DNA of 64,000 nt, from contig OZ218956.1 of the NCBI GenBank assembly GCA_965112735.1, forward strand, positions 1,798,001-1,862,000, written 5' to 3'. Origin of the DNA: Phaeosaccion multiseriatum. Taxonomy: Eukaryota; Protista; Ochrophyta, other classes. Position numbers and translations under genes: made by a program. Position 1 is the stretch's first letter. Each line of letters starts with the position of its first letter. Under the pieces are notes generated by a model. The model saw only the letters and a list, made by a program, of their open reading frames with translations. It made no database searches and was not told where the DNA came from. Below, piece after piece: positions 16,252 to 29,085 of the stretch.

Positions 16252-18498
16252 TCATTGCCACCCCCCAACTTCCATGTCATCCGCATGCGCCCTTCCTCCT
16301 CCTACCGACTGCCCGCTGGCGGCGCTACTCATCCTGCTGCTGCCGCCCTCCTCCCCTCTCCGCACTGTACCCGTTCCACTTTGCTCGAAGTCGTCATCCT
16401 CGTCATCCGAGTCTCTCTGCCTCCCCCCTCCTCCCCTCCCCTCCTCCTCTTCGTCGGAGGTGTTGACATTGACATCGAGTCCCTTGGCTTGGCGAGTTTC
16501 ATTGTCCCTCCGCATCAGCCGCTCCAGATTCTCAAGTCTTTGGAAGGGGAGAGGAGGGGAAGGGAGGGAAGGGGAAGGGAGCGGGGGCTTAAATTGGACG
16601 GTAATTACGGTTACTGAGCATAGATCGGTACTTGAGGTTAGAAAGCAAGTCAGTAGAATGAAATCCTCTCTTCTCTCTCTCCCCCCCCCCCTCAATCCCA
16701 TTCCCCTCCCCCCTCTCTCCCCCTCTTTTTCTGCCTCCCTCCCTCTCTCCTCCTCCTCCTCCTCCTGCTCCTCTCTCCTCTCTCTTCTCTCACCCCTCGG
16801 CCGCCTCGGAGCTGCTTGGGTTGAGACCCGCTGCGAGGTGATAGTAACCGATGGCATCTTGATACATGAGGCGAAGAGTGAACACCTTCGCCAGTTTCAA
16901 GTGGAGCACCTCGTCGTTGTGGCTCTGGTGACGCACGCACACACGCACACATGCGCGCGCACAGAAGGGGGGGGGGGGCAAGGAGAGAGAGAGAGAGAGA
17001 GGGAGGGAGGGAGGGAGAGGGAGGGAGGGAGACGAAAGGGAGAGAGGAGAGAGAGATAGAGAGGGAGGGGGCGAAAAGATAGAGAATGAGTTCAGTGAAG
17101 GGGTGTGAGTGAGGTAAGGAGGGCGGTCTAGGGACGCTGAACTGAAACTAACACATAAACACACACGCACCCACGCCTCCACGCACGCGCGCGCACACAC
17201 ACACACACACATACACACACTCCCTTGCTTGCTTACTTACCTGCAGCGCTGCCTGTAGGATGTTTGTGCATAGCTCATACTCGGCGCTGAGGATGTAACA
17301 GTCCGACAGGGCTAGTGTGGCCTCTAGGTTCATGGGGTCCACTGGGGGCGGGGGAGAGGACGGGGAGGAGGAGGAGGAGGACGGAGAGCTTCAGGGGGGA
17401 GTAGAAGGAGGGAGGGTCCCTCACTCATACACTCACTCACGAAGGGTCTTGAATGCCTGCTTGGCCCTCTCTCCTCTGTCCCCTGCCCCATCCACTGCCA
17501 TCCCTATGCCTCCCCATCCTCTGCCGATCCACTGCCATCCCTATTCCTTGCCATCCACTGCCACCCCTACTCCTCTCCGTCCACTGCCATCCACTACCAT
17601 CCCTCACTCACGTAGGAGGGCCTTCTTGAATGCTTTCTTGGCCCTTTCTCCTCCGTCCTTGACATGATGCTGGGGTGCCTTGGCGAGTACTCTGCCCATG
17701 AGGATCACTGCTCCGGGGGATTTCGGCATTGAGGTAAGCGCCTCCTTGGCAGCCGCTGAGGAGGAGGGGGGGGAGGAGGGGGGAGGGGGGGGGGAGGGGG
17801 GGGGAGGAGGAGAAAAGGAGCAGGGTAGGGTTAGTCAAGGTGTGTGGGGGGGGGGGTGGGTGGGAGAAGCTCAGCAAGATCAATTGAAATCGCCTCTCCA
17901 GGCTCAATACCCTGAAACTTTAAAAATGACTTAGTAATGAGCTAGGAGGACACTTTTCCTTCCTCTTACTTCCTCTTACTTACCTGCCGCGTCGCAGAGT
18001 TTGTTGATGCCAAGATACGCCTCTACGAGCCCCCTGGAGCTGCGGATGCACTTTTGCTGCGCGCTGGCGGTGAAGAAGCTCAGATGCGCGTGTTCGAATT
18101 TGCCCCTCGCCATTTGGAGCTCGCCCATGACGAGGTGGGCAAGGGGGTGCTTGGAGGAGAGCTCGATGGCCTTTGGGAGGGGAGGGAGGGGAATAACGCG
18201 GTGTAGAGGGGGGGGGGAGGGAGAGCGAGACAAAGAGAGGGAGAGAGCGAGAGAGAGAAGCGCAAGCCCGTAGAAGAGATCTTTACATTGAAGAGACGCA
18301 TTCAAAAGTGAGCTTTTAGAGCATTGAAGTGATCTAATGATTTGCATTGCTTCCACAATAAGACTACATGTAGCATAGCACATACACACATAAACACACC
18401 CACCCACCCACACACACAACATAATATATACACGCGCGCACACACCCACACACACGCACTCACACATGCACACACGCACGCACGCATACACACATACT

Positions 18499-18545
<47 letters not shown>

Positions 18546-21500
18546 ACACACACACACCTTCTCTGCAAACACGAGAGAGCGTGCGGGGGATGTGTCGCCT
18601 TTGAGCTCCGTGCAAAGCGCACATGCGATCCACGGCTCAGTGCTTTGGGTGACGGGGGTGGGTGAGTGGGTGGGTGGAGAGGGATATATATGCATGTTAA
18701 GTATCTGTATGTATGCATCAAAACCAAAGTCAGTCAGTTAATCCCGCTCCCCTTTTCTGCACCTCTTTACACTACTAAAACTTGGGTATGCTCCCTTCCC
18801 CTGACTCATTACCGATGGCAGTCGATGGCGAGCAGCTCATGTGCGAGTCTGTTGAGGGCCCCCAGGTCCTGCTTCTTGAACAGCACGTATGCAAGCATGT
18901 CCATGGACTGAGGAGGAGGAGGAGGAGGAGGAGAAGAAGAAGAAGAAGAAGAAGAAGAAGAAGAAGAAGAAGAAGAAGAAGAAGAAGAAGAAGAAGAAGA
19001 AGAAGGAAGAGAAGGAAGAGGAGGACAGACGTGGTGGGATAGACACGAAGAAGGGACAGAACAGGAGAAGCAGCAGCAGGAGTGCAGTAGCAGCAGTTGG
19101 TGATACAGCGGCATCGCCAAGGAGGGAGGGCAGAGAGGACGAGGGAGGGAAGGAGGCAGAGGGATATCCACGGAGCAGGACAGGTCCATAGCAGAGAAGG
19201 GGGGTGAGGGGTGAGGACACGCAAGGGCGAGGGCAGCGACCAAAACCGAACGATGAGAACCGTCGTCGCAACATCGGGAGGAAGACTTCAATCGGAAAGA
19301 CAGATAGGAAGGGATACATAAAGTCCCTCCCTCCCTCCCTTCCCTCCCTCTCTCCCCCTCCCTCCCTTCCCTCCCTCCCTGCATCCCTCCCTCTCTCGCT
19401 CCCTCTCCCCCCCTCCCTCCCTCCTTCCCTCCTCCTCTCTCTATGCCTCCCTCCCTGACTCACATCCAAGATCTGGTCGTCAACGATCCTGGCCTTGCCG
19501 AATGCGTACTGCGCGTCATCCCATCGGTCAAGATCCATGTACGCCCTTCCCATACCCTGCAACACGAGTAGGAGAGTAGGGTACTCGGACTCCGCCAAGC
19601 TGAACCTGGAGGGAGGGAGGGAGGGAGGGTGGGAGGGTGGGAGGGAGGGGTAGAAGAAAGGAAGGAAGGGAGGGTGGGTGGGAGGGAGGGGTAGAAGGAA
19701 GGAAGGGAGGGAGGGAGGGAGGGAGGGAGGGAGGGAGGGGTAGACGGATGGAAGGGAGGGAGGGAGGGAGGGAGGGAGGGAGGGAGGGAGGGAGGGAGGA
19801 AGGGATGGGAGGGAGTGTGGGAGGGAACGTGAGAGGATGGGTCAGTGGGTTGGGAGGGTGGGAGGGAGGGAGAGATAGGAGGGAGGGAGGGAGGGAGGGT
19901 GGGAGGGAGGGAGGGATGGGGGAAAGGGAGGGAGGAAGGGAAGGATGATGTGTGTGATGTGTGTGTATGTGAGTGTGGGTGTGTGCGTGCGTGTACCTAT
20001 CTATTCCTGTGCGTATGTGTGTGTATGTGAGTGTGCATGTTTGTGTGTATTGTGTGTATGTGTGTGGATGTGTCCACCACCCCCATCCTCGCCCCCCCCC
20101 TGGCCCACTCACGTCTCCAAAGCCTCCAGGCTGTTGTTGGAGAGCAGGGCAGCGAATCCCTCCACGATGGAGCCGATCCAGGGCACGTGCTCGAGCTTCG
20201 GAGTCAGCGGCACGTTAGACATGTGCGTACTGAGAGAAGAGGTGGAGGCAACACACAGGGGCATTGTCACTCACTCACTCACTCACTCACTCACTCACTC
20301 AATTCCCCCCTCCCTCCCTCCCTCCCCCCCCTACCCGCCCACCCACCCCACCCCACCTGATGATGTCCATAATATCCTTCTTCGGCACCCCCATGCTCAG
20401 CATGGGCATGATAACCTCCACCGCCAATGGACTCTGTCTGAGTGCATGCTTATACACATTGGCAGCGTTCCTCCGCAGCCCCGCCCCTTCATACGTCTTG
20501 GCCAGACAAACGTTCATCTCCACCGTCCGAGCAAAGAGCAGCACGCTCTCCAGCGAGCTAATAGCGGCGCCTGACTCCCCTGCTGCCACCAGGCATTGCG
20601 CCTCTTTGAACTTGATCTCCGCCTCTTCAATGTAGGCCCTTTGCCAGCCTATTCGCGCGTTCGGACTCCTCCCTCCACCGGCGCTGCTGCCTCCTATGCT
20701 GTTGCTCCTTCCGCTGCCTGCCCCACCAGTACCGTCGCCGCCGCCGCCGCCGCTGCTGCTGCTGCTGCTGCTGCTGCTGCCTGCTGCCGCTGCTGGGGAC
20801 TGAGAGGACAGCATCGACATGTCAGCGTCACCATCCTCCATTCGGGAAGAAGAGGAGGACGAGGCAGGGTTGGTGGCCACCCGCTTGTTGGCGCTCGTCA
20901 ACAGAGCGTTGGGCCCCCCCACACGAGAGGAAGTGCCGAGCTTGGAGGTGCCCTTGGAAGTGAGCTTGCGCTGCTGGAGGGCGTGCTTGTAATACGTCTG
21001 CGAGAGTCGAGTCAAGTCATGTCAAGGGAAGTGAAGTGAAGTGAAGTGCCAAGAGAGGAGACGGAGGAGGAGGAGGAGGAGACGGAGGAGGAGTCGGAGT
21101 CGGAGTCGGAGGAGTGGGAAGCGGGGGAGGGAGGGAGAAGTACTGAAACGTCAGAAAGACATTAAGAATGGACCAGTCCCTGAGTTGGCCGGCGTTTCGT
21201 CACTCACTCGCCATCTTCACCCCCTCCCTCTCCGCGGCAACACCGCCCTCAGGCACTCAGACTAATATTTCCCCTCTCGCACTCCCTCCACTCACTCACT
21301 CACCGTCGCCCTCTTGAGCTCTCCCTGGCCCTTCAAGGCATCCGCGTACAGGCTCAGAGCCTCCGCTCGAGTGACCCCTCCTCCGCCTCCTCCTCCTCCT
21401 CCTTCCTCGCCCCCCCCAGCCGGGCCGCTCGTCCCGCCCACACCTCCTGTTCCTCTCTTCGTGCCTACCCTACACAAGAGCACGCTTCCGACCACCTCTG

Positions 21501-21870
21501 CGCTGCTGTACAGGTGCGCCTCCAGGAGATTGGAAAGGATGGCTCGGAGCAAAGTGGCTTCATCGTGAGGACTTTCCTCCATCTCCTTCCGTTGCTGCCG
21601 CTGCCGCTGCCGCAGCTCCTCCGCCTTCGCCATGTCCTCGTCCTGCTGCTCCTGGAGACGCCGCGTCTCTTGCTGCTGTGCAAAGAGCTTTCTCTGCGCT
21701 TGGGCGAGCCTCGCCTGAGCCTCTTGCTGCGCCGCCATTAGTTTCTCCTGGTGCTCCTGCTGTGCCCTGAGCCTGCCCTGAAGCTCTTGGTATTGCTCCC
21801 TCTCCAGCTGGAGATGCCGTTGAATTGTTTCGGCATGCTCCTGGGGTGTCGGCGTGCCTGGAGGATTCAT
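16252..21870 (-). CDS. ANAPC7: Anaphase-promoting complex subunit 7 (TPR protein), 11 exons
   Basis: Exons 21870-21304, 20997-20357, 20229-20113, 19605-19464, 18907-18813, 18642-18558, 18170-17984, 17755-17612, 17341-17241, 16924-16794, 16537-16252. APC7-like segments: [93 protein letters not shown] followed by an acidic tail. Confidence 0.85.
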
Positions 21871-22336
21871 CCTCTGTGTTCACCCCCCTCCTGATCCTCC
21901 CTACTCCAGAGTCCTCCTCCCCCCCCTGTCCCTATCTTCTCCTAATCCACCTTGTACTTTGCCTCGCTATCTTTAGTCTTTTCGTCGCATTCCGTTCTAC
22001 ATTCCTTTCCTCCATACCTCCCTCCGCTTTTATTATGGTACACCCTTCCCTTGGCAGCTCGTCGGGTGGCGTAATTGGCAACAGTATTTGCGTTCGGGGG
22101 AAGGGTTTTGGGTGCCATCCATCCTGATGACTTAAGAGTAATAAACGATAAACCGTTAAAAAAGACAGACAGCAGAAGCAAACAGCATCAAGGTCAAGCT
22201 GATAAGCAGCAGCAGCAGCAGCAACAACAACAGCCGCAGCAACAGCAGCAGAAAGAGAAATAGCAGCGGCGGGCGGCGGAGGCTCGAATTGGAACCAACT
22301 AGTGCGAGCAAACGGAGAAAGGGGAACGGCACCATC
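21871..22336. promoter_or_regulatory. Putative bidirectional promoter (APC7 / DNAAF4)
   Basis: 466 bp between divergent ATGs, with an AT-rich core at about 22130-22165. Confidence 0.55.
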
Positions 22337-24463
22337 ATGCCGGTGACTGCCAGCTACACGTGGGTAGAAGCGGAGCAGTGGATCAAGGTGGACATTCCAC
22401 TGAAGGGAACCAGCCCCAAGAAGGTGGATATCTTCGGTAAGAGACAGTTGTTACAGCCACAGTGCACAGGAGAAGAGGGAGGGCCCCAGCTTCCCCCCCC
22501 CCCCCCCCCTCTCACTCTCTTCCACCCATCTAACCTACCCTCTTCTCCCTCTCTGTCAACTCCTCGCCCCGATGGCCTTCCTTCCTGTATTCCTTCCCGT
22601 CTCCCTCTCTCAGCTACCGATTGCATATTGAAGGTCTCTTTTCCACCCTATCTCTTGGACCTCGACCTGCACGGAAGCATCGTCGAGACTGCGGCCAAGG
22701 CGGTCATCAGGAATGGCATCCTGTCCATCAAGGTTTGTTCGCAGTAGCTTGACACAGGGAGATGAGAATAGAAACGTAGAGAGTATGCTGTCTCGGGTGG
22801 ACGCATCACGCCCCAAATCTGCCTTCCGGCTCTTGTCGTGTGATGTATGGGTGTAGTAGTGTATGGGTGTATATATATATCCCTCACTCACTCACTCACT
22901 CACTCACTCACTCCACCTCTCTCTCTCCCTCTCTCCCTCTCATTCTCCACCGTCAGGTGCAAAAAGCCAGTGGTCACTGCTCTCTATGGGGCCAGCTCAC
23001 AGTGGACCTGGAGGGGAAGAGCGAGGAGGAGAGACAGGCCGTCAAGGACAGGAGGAACAAGAGTCTAGTCGACAAGGCACAGAGGGAGGAAGAGCACAAG
23101 AAGGCCGTCCGCCAGAGGAGACATGAGGACGAGAGACTCGCATTGAAAACGCAGGTGGGTAAGAGAGGGAGTAAGTTCCCTTGGCCCCCCCCCCCAGGTC
23201 TGCTCAGCCTCCAATGCCAAAGCTCGTCTGAAGAGCTGTCAACGCCACTCACACACCTCTCGCCGACCCGTCTGCCTGACTGCTCCTCTGCCGGTCTGCC
23301 CATATGCCTGCCTGTCCGCCTGCTCACCTGCCTGCCTGCCCCCCCCCCCCCCCCACCCTCTCCCTCTCTCGCTCTCTCTCTCATGACATGATATCACTTA
23401 TTGAATGGAATGATGCTGTGTCTGCGGTGTGTGTCTCTGCTCCCACAACACCCCCACTACTACTCACAGATGGCCGTGGAGCAGGCCGAGAGGGCGCAGC
23501 TGGACGAGCTCAAGGCCGAGCAGAAGCAGAGTGCGGAGGACGAAATGTACCGCACCTTCGCAGAGATGGCCGCCGAGAAGCAGCAGGCAGAGGCCAAAGC
23601 AGAAGCCAAGGCAGGGGCCAAGGTCAAGGCCAAGGCAAAGCACAGCACCACCACCAGCAGTAGCAGCAGCAGGAACAGCGGGGATGAAAGCAGGCCAGGG
23701 CTGCCGCCGCCTCCGCCCGCCAACTCTGCTGGCTCTGGTCGGCCTGTTAACTCTGTTAGCTCTGTTAGCTCTGTTAGCTCTGCCGGCGGATGTGGCGGCA
23801 GCGGTGGGAGGAAGAGGAGCGAGGCGGTGCTCGAAGCTCTTGTCGAGGAGGGGGGGGCAGCCGTGTACGATCTTGATGATGTAGTCAATGAGGAGGGGGA
23901 GGAGCAGGAGGAGGAGGAGGAGAAGGAGGAGGAGGAGGAGGAGGAGGAGGAGGAGGAGGAGGAGGAGGAGGAGGAGAGGGAGGAGAATGAGGGCTCTGAC
24001 GAAGATGACGAGCTTCACTTGTCCGAGGTTGTGATGCCTTCAAGCATGCGTGGTGAGGGGCGAGAGAACACAGCCCCCACTGAGGAGGAGGTAGAGGAGG
24101 GGGGAGGGAAGGAGGCAGAGAGAGCAAACGCGCAGACACAGGAGCAGCCAGAGGAGACTCAGGAGCAGGAGCAACAGCAGCAGGAGCAACAGCAGCTGCA
24201 GGAGCAGCAGGAGGAGGAGGAGGAGGAGGAGGAGGAGGAGGAGGAGGAGGAGGAGGAGGAGGCAGACTTGTCTTACACCCCGCAGCCCCGAGCCGCCAAT
24301 AAGGTGTCCATGGGCTTCACTCCGCGCCTCTTCCCCACACCCCTCAGAGAGTCCAAGATGGCGGAGGAGCAGGAGTGGATCGCCAAGAACCACACGTACG
24401 TAATACGTAAGGTTCAATAATGTGGCGTACAAAGGTCGTAAGACTAGAAGGGCTGTGTGTGTA

Positions 24464-24502
<39 letters not shown>

Positions 24503-25840
24503 GGTCGGTCTGCCTGCCTGTCTGTCTGTCTGTCTGTCGGCCTGTCTGCCTGTCGGCCTGTCTGCCTGTCTGTCTGCCTGTCTGTCTGCCTGTCTGTCTA
24601 TCTATATCTCAGCCCCTGCCCTTTCCTTGCTCCGGACCACGATACCGTCAAACCCCACTCTCCCGTCCCCAGGGCTCTGCGCAAGAACAAGGCTTTCGGT
24701 GGTCGATTGAACAAAGACGCCATGGGATTCGATGAGACCGACCCCACATGGCTCAAGGGGAAAGGTGAGAGAGGGCGGGAGGGAGGGAGGGAGGAGGGGA
24801 GGGAGTGAGTGAGTGAGTGAGGGAGGGAGGGAGGGTGGTGGGTGGATGGGCGATTCCGTGATTCAGAAAGAAACAAGACAGAGGGAGAGACACTGACTGA
24901 CTGACTGACTGACTGACTGATGGAAGAAGCACGCACTGCCCTTGCGTCGGTCGGTGTGACTGTGTGACTGTATGACTGTGTGACTGTGTGTGTGCCTCAC
25001 AGTCCCTTGTATGTTTGTGTCTCTCTCTCCTCTGTTTCCTCTCTCTTTACGTCTCTCTCTACCTCTCTCTCTCTTCTCTCCCCCTCTCCCCTACATACAC
25101 ATCACACATCTTTTATCTCAGGAGGCGATTTCTACCGTGCGGGTGACCTACGTGCGGCGGTCAATGCGTACACCGCAGCGCTGGACCTGGATCCCTCTCT
25201 CATCGGCTGTCGGGCCAACCGGGCAGCCTGCCGCCTTAGGTTAGGGGAAGCAGACAAATGCGTGGAGGACTGCACCCACGCACTGGGCCAGCTTCTACAG
25301 CCAGCAGCAGCAGCAGCAGCAGCGGACAGCAGCAGCAGGAGCACTACTAGTACAAGTGGTAGTGGCAGTGGTGATGGGAATAAGGCGTCGTCGCACGGAC
25401 CCGCGGTGGAGCACCAACAGCTCCGGCTCTTGGCCAGGAGAGGGGCCGCTTATTGCCAGAGGGGAGAGTATGCTTCCTCTGCCGCCGACTACCGCGCCGC
25501 CGTGAGCATGGATGCGAACAACAACCAGGCTCTCAGGGACGACTTGGCACGCATAGAGACACTCGAGCGATGCAGCGAGCTCAAGCGACAAGCAGATGCC
25601 AAGGTGGCCGCGGGGGATGTAACGGCTGCGGTGGAGGGGTACTCGGAAGCACTGGGCTTGGATGGAGCCTATGTGTCTTGTCTATCCAATCGCGCGGGCT
25701 GCTGGCTGGCGCTGGGGAGGCTGGAGGAGTGCGTGGAGGACTGCTCCACTGCTCTGCGCTTGTTGGGCGTTACGAACTCCACAGTGAGTGGGGAGGGGGA
25801 GCCGCTGGTGAGCCCACAGCAGCCACAGCAGTTGGTGATA

Positions 25841-25873
<33 letters not shown>

Positions 25874-26512
25874 GGGCAGCTGCAGGGTCAGGGGGGGCAG
25901 CAAGGGGGGCAGGCCATTTGTATCCCGTTTGGGAGTAGCGGTACCCCAAGTGGTAGCAGCAGCAGCAGCAGCAGCACTGGTGGTGGTGGTGGTGGTGGTG
26001 GTGGTGGTGGTGGTGGTGGTGGTGGCAGTGGACTCTGCGCAGCGTCCGGTCCGGTGCCTCAGGAAGGCAGCGAACGACGGCGGAAATGGGAGCTGGCTAC
26101 AATCGTAAGGCGGGCAGCGGCGTATGCAGGCATGGGGCACCTGACACCAGCTATTCGGGACTACGAGGCTGCGCTGGAGCGGCTCGGGAAGGGCAAGGGA
26201 GGGGAGGAGGGGAAGCTGTTGGTGATACAGCAGCAGGAGCTCAGCGAAGAGGAGGAGGAGGAAGCGAAGGCACTAGAGCAAGACTTGGAGGCGCTGAAGG
26301 AGAGGCGAAGGGAGGAAGAGGAGGAGCAGGAGGGAGGAGAGAAAAGGCAAGGGCAGCAGCAGCAGGACGGAGAGGAGGAGGAGCAACAGCAGCAGCAACA
26401 TGAAGAGGAGCAGGAGCAGCAGGACGGTGACACTGAGGAAGAGGTTGAGGAGAGGAGCGCTGCGAAGGAGGCCCAAGATGTGGTGCTGCAGCAACCCGCC
26501 ATAGCGGCATAA
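22337..26512 (+). CDS. DNAAF4: Dynein axonemal assembly factor 4 (DYX1C1; CS domain + coiled coil + TPR), 6 exons
   Basis: Exons 22337-22436, 22614-22732, 22957-23154, 23470-24395, 24673-24763, 25121-26512. N-terminal CS domain (MPV..SYTW..IPLKG..VDIF..LKVSFPPYLLDLDL), signature FTPRLFPTPLRESK.AEEQEWI, and C-terminal TPRs (WLKGKGGDFYRAGD..AVNAYTAAL; NRAACRL). Confidence 0.9.
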
Positions 26513-27219
26513 GCAACGACACACCAACACAACAAGAACAACACCACCACCACCAACTACAACAATAGCAGCCGTATCAAGCACTTTGCGAAGTAGATGG
26601 CATGGAACGGATGGTACTCTGTAGCGCCCGTCCGCCGAGTAAAGCTTCACCCTAGGGAGAGAAGGAAGGAAGGAAGGAAGGCCGAGTGGGGCGTGTGAGG
26701 CAGAGCCACTACCGCTCGAGATGCTCCGCGCAAGGTTCCGCTGCTGCTCTGTGGTGCGAAAAACGTTTTGGGTTGGAGAGAGAGGAGGCACTCAAAGATG
26801 TCCCTGACGCGACCAAAAAGAAACGACAACGAAACGAAGTAACTTGATTCACTCCAACTTCGACGCAGGACGAAGTTCCTTGGCAGACAGTCAATCTATC
26901 AATTGGCTGCTGATCTTAGCCGGTGCTGGTGCTAGTGCTGCTCAGCTCAGCCCAGCTCAGCTGCAAAGCCTCTGACTGCTACTAAGGTAACTAATCATGT
27001 CTCATGTGCTCCAAAGTAAGTATACGCAAAACATGGAAATCGAATCGAATCATCAATTCATCAATCAGACGGCACATGAGAGGCAGCTCTGGAGATGGGT
27101 GTATCGATAATACATATCGATAAGATCTATATTGATGGAGGGAGGTCCGAGGTCAAGTAACTCTGAAACTGACACTCAAAGTGTCCTTCCTTCACTCACC
27201 CACCTCGCTCGCCCCCAGG

Positions 27220-29052
27220 TCACTCATGACCACCCCCCCCCCCCTCCTTCCCTCCTCCTCCGTCCCCGTCTCCATTCTCCTCTGCCCTGTTGAGGTGGCC
27301 ATACTTGCTAAACACAACGTGACTACCGAGCCAAGCCATCAGTACAAGGCCCCCTCCCACCACATAGGACCCGCCGGCCACACGCATCCCACGGACGGCG
27401 GGTGTATCACCAACTGCTCCTCCTCCTTTTCCTCCTCCTCCGACGCAGAAGCCGAAGAGAGCTGCCATCAGGGGGGTTGCCACCATGGTTGTGATGGTCC
27501 GAACTGGAGCAGTGGGGAGAAGGGGGGAGGAGGAGAGGGGAGGAGGGGAGAGGAGAGGAGAGGAGAGGAGAGGAGAGGAGAGGAGGAGGGGGGGGGGGAG
27601 AGGTGAGAGGGAGGAGAGGAGAGGGTAGAGGGGAGGAGAAAGGGTACAGGGTGGAGGGTATGGATCAACACACCACATCACCACATCCACAACACATCAC
27701 AACACACCACACCATCTCACACATGACGTCATCTCTCATCACACTTCATCAACAACTCATCAACAGTCACATACCTGTGTCTGAGGCACCGATCATTGCT
27801 CCCTTCTCTCCGATGCCGACTTGCTGACTCAGGAGGGCCTGGGTGGCTGGGAAAGCGATGCCTCCGACGGCAGTGAGGGTGAGTCCGATGGCAAGGCACA
27901 GTGAGCCTACCGGAGAGCCCGCGGGGGCCATTCCAATGAGCACCTGACGTACATAGAGGGAGGGAGGGAGGGAGGGAGCAGAGTCAGGGGAGGGAGGGGA
28001 GGGGGGGTGAGGAGGGACGGAGGGGAGGGAGGCGAGGGAGGGAGGAGAGCCAGGGGAGGGAAGGAGGGAGGGAAGGAGGGAGGGAGGGAGCGAGGGAGCG
28101 AGGGAGCGAGGGAGGGAGGGAGGGAGGGAGGGGAGGGAGGAAGGAGGGGAGTCAGGGGATGGCAGGGTAGGCAGGTACACATGCATACACACAGGAACAA
28201 GGCCAGGAGATGGGGGGGGGGGGGAGTCGTCTCGATAATGCTGCTGCTGTGCTGCAGGCGGAATCAACAGATGACACACCCTTGCAAGACAATACGCAAG
28301 CATACGCACGTGCATACACACACGCACACACACACTACACGCACCTGTGCGAAGGCATACACCACAAGCCCCCATTGGAGCGCGTTCCTGACCCCAATCC
28401 TCGGGATGATGACCTTGGGTGCCGCTGCCATCATGATACCCAACCAGGCCAAGCTGGCGCCCTGCGCGGCTGTGTTCCACGCGAACTTGTGCGTCGTGTA
28501 GTTCATCCAATTGATTTGCAGGCCTGCGTTGGCGGCCCAGAGCAACACATAGACACATCCGAGGCCGCCAATGAAGGCGTTACGACCACTCATTCTGGCG
28601 GCGCCTATGGGGTTAGCCTTTCTCAGGTCCACCTGTGTAATGCAGGGGGTTGGGGGTGGTGTTGGGTCGAGGATGGGGATGGGGATGGATGGCAGTGGAT
28701 GACAGTGGGTTGTTATTGGGGTAGGGTTGGCGGTGGGGGGGGGGTGGGATAGCAGTGGATGGGGGTGGATGGCAGTGGACTGTGATGGACTCATAAGGGC
28801 CGGGGGGGGGGGGGGAGGGATGGCAGAAGATGGGGGTAAGAGGCCTCCGAGAGGGTGGCACCTTTGTTGAGGATGGCAGTGGATGGGGGGAGGATGGATG
28901 GTAGTGGACGGAGTGGGCCTTCCTTCCTTCCTTCCTTCCTTCCTTCCTTCCTTCCTGACCTTGTTGGGGTTGCGGCGCGACTTGGGGAGGGGTTCAGGCA
29001 TGAAGCACAGCACCAACGCCAAGTTCACAGCACACAGACCAGCCGCCATGGC

Positions 29053-29085
<33 letters not shown>

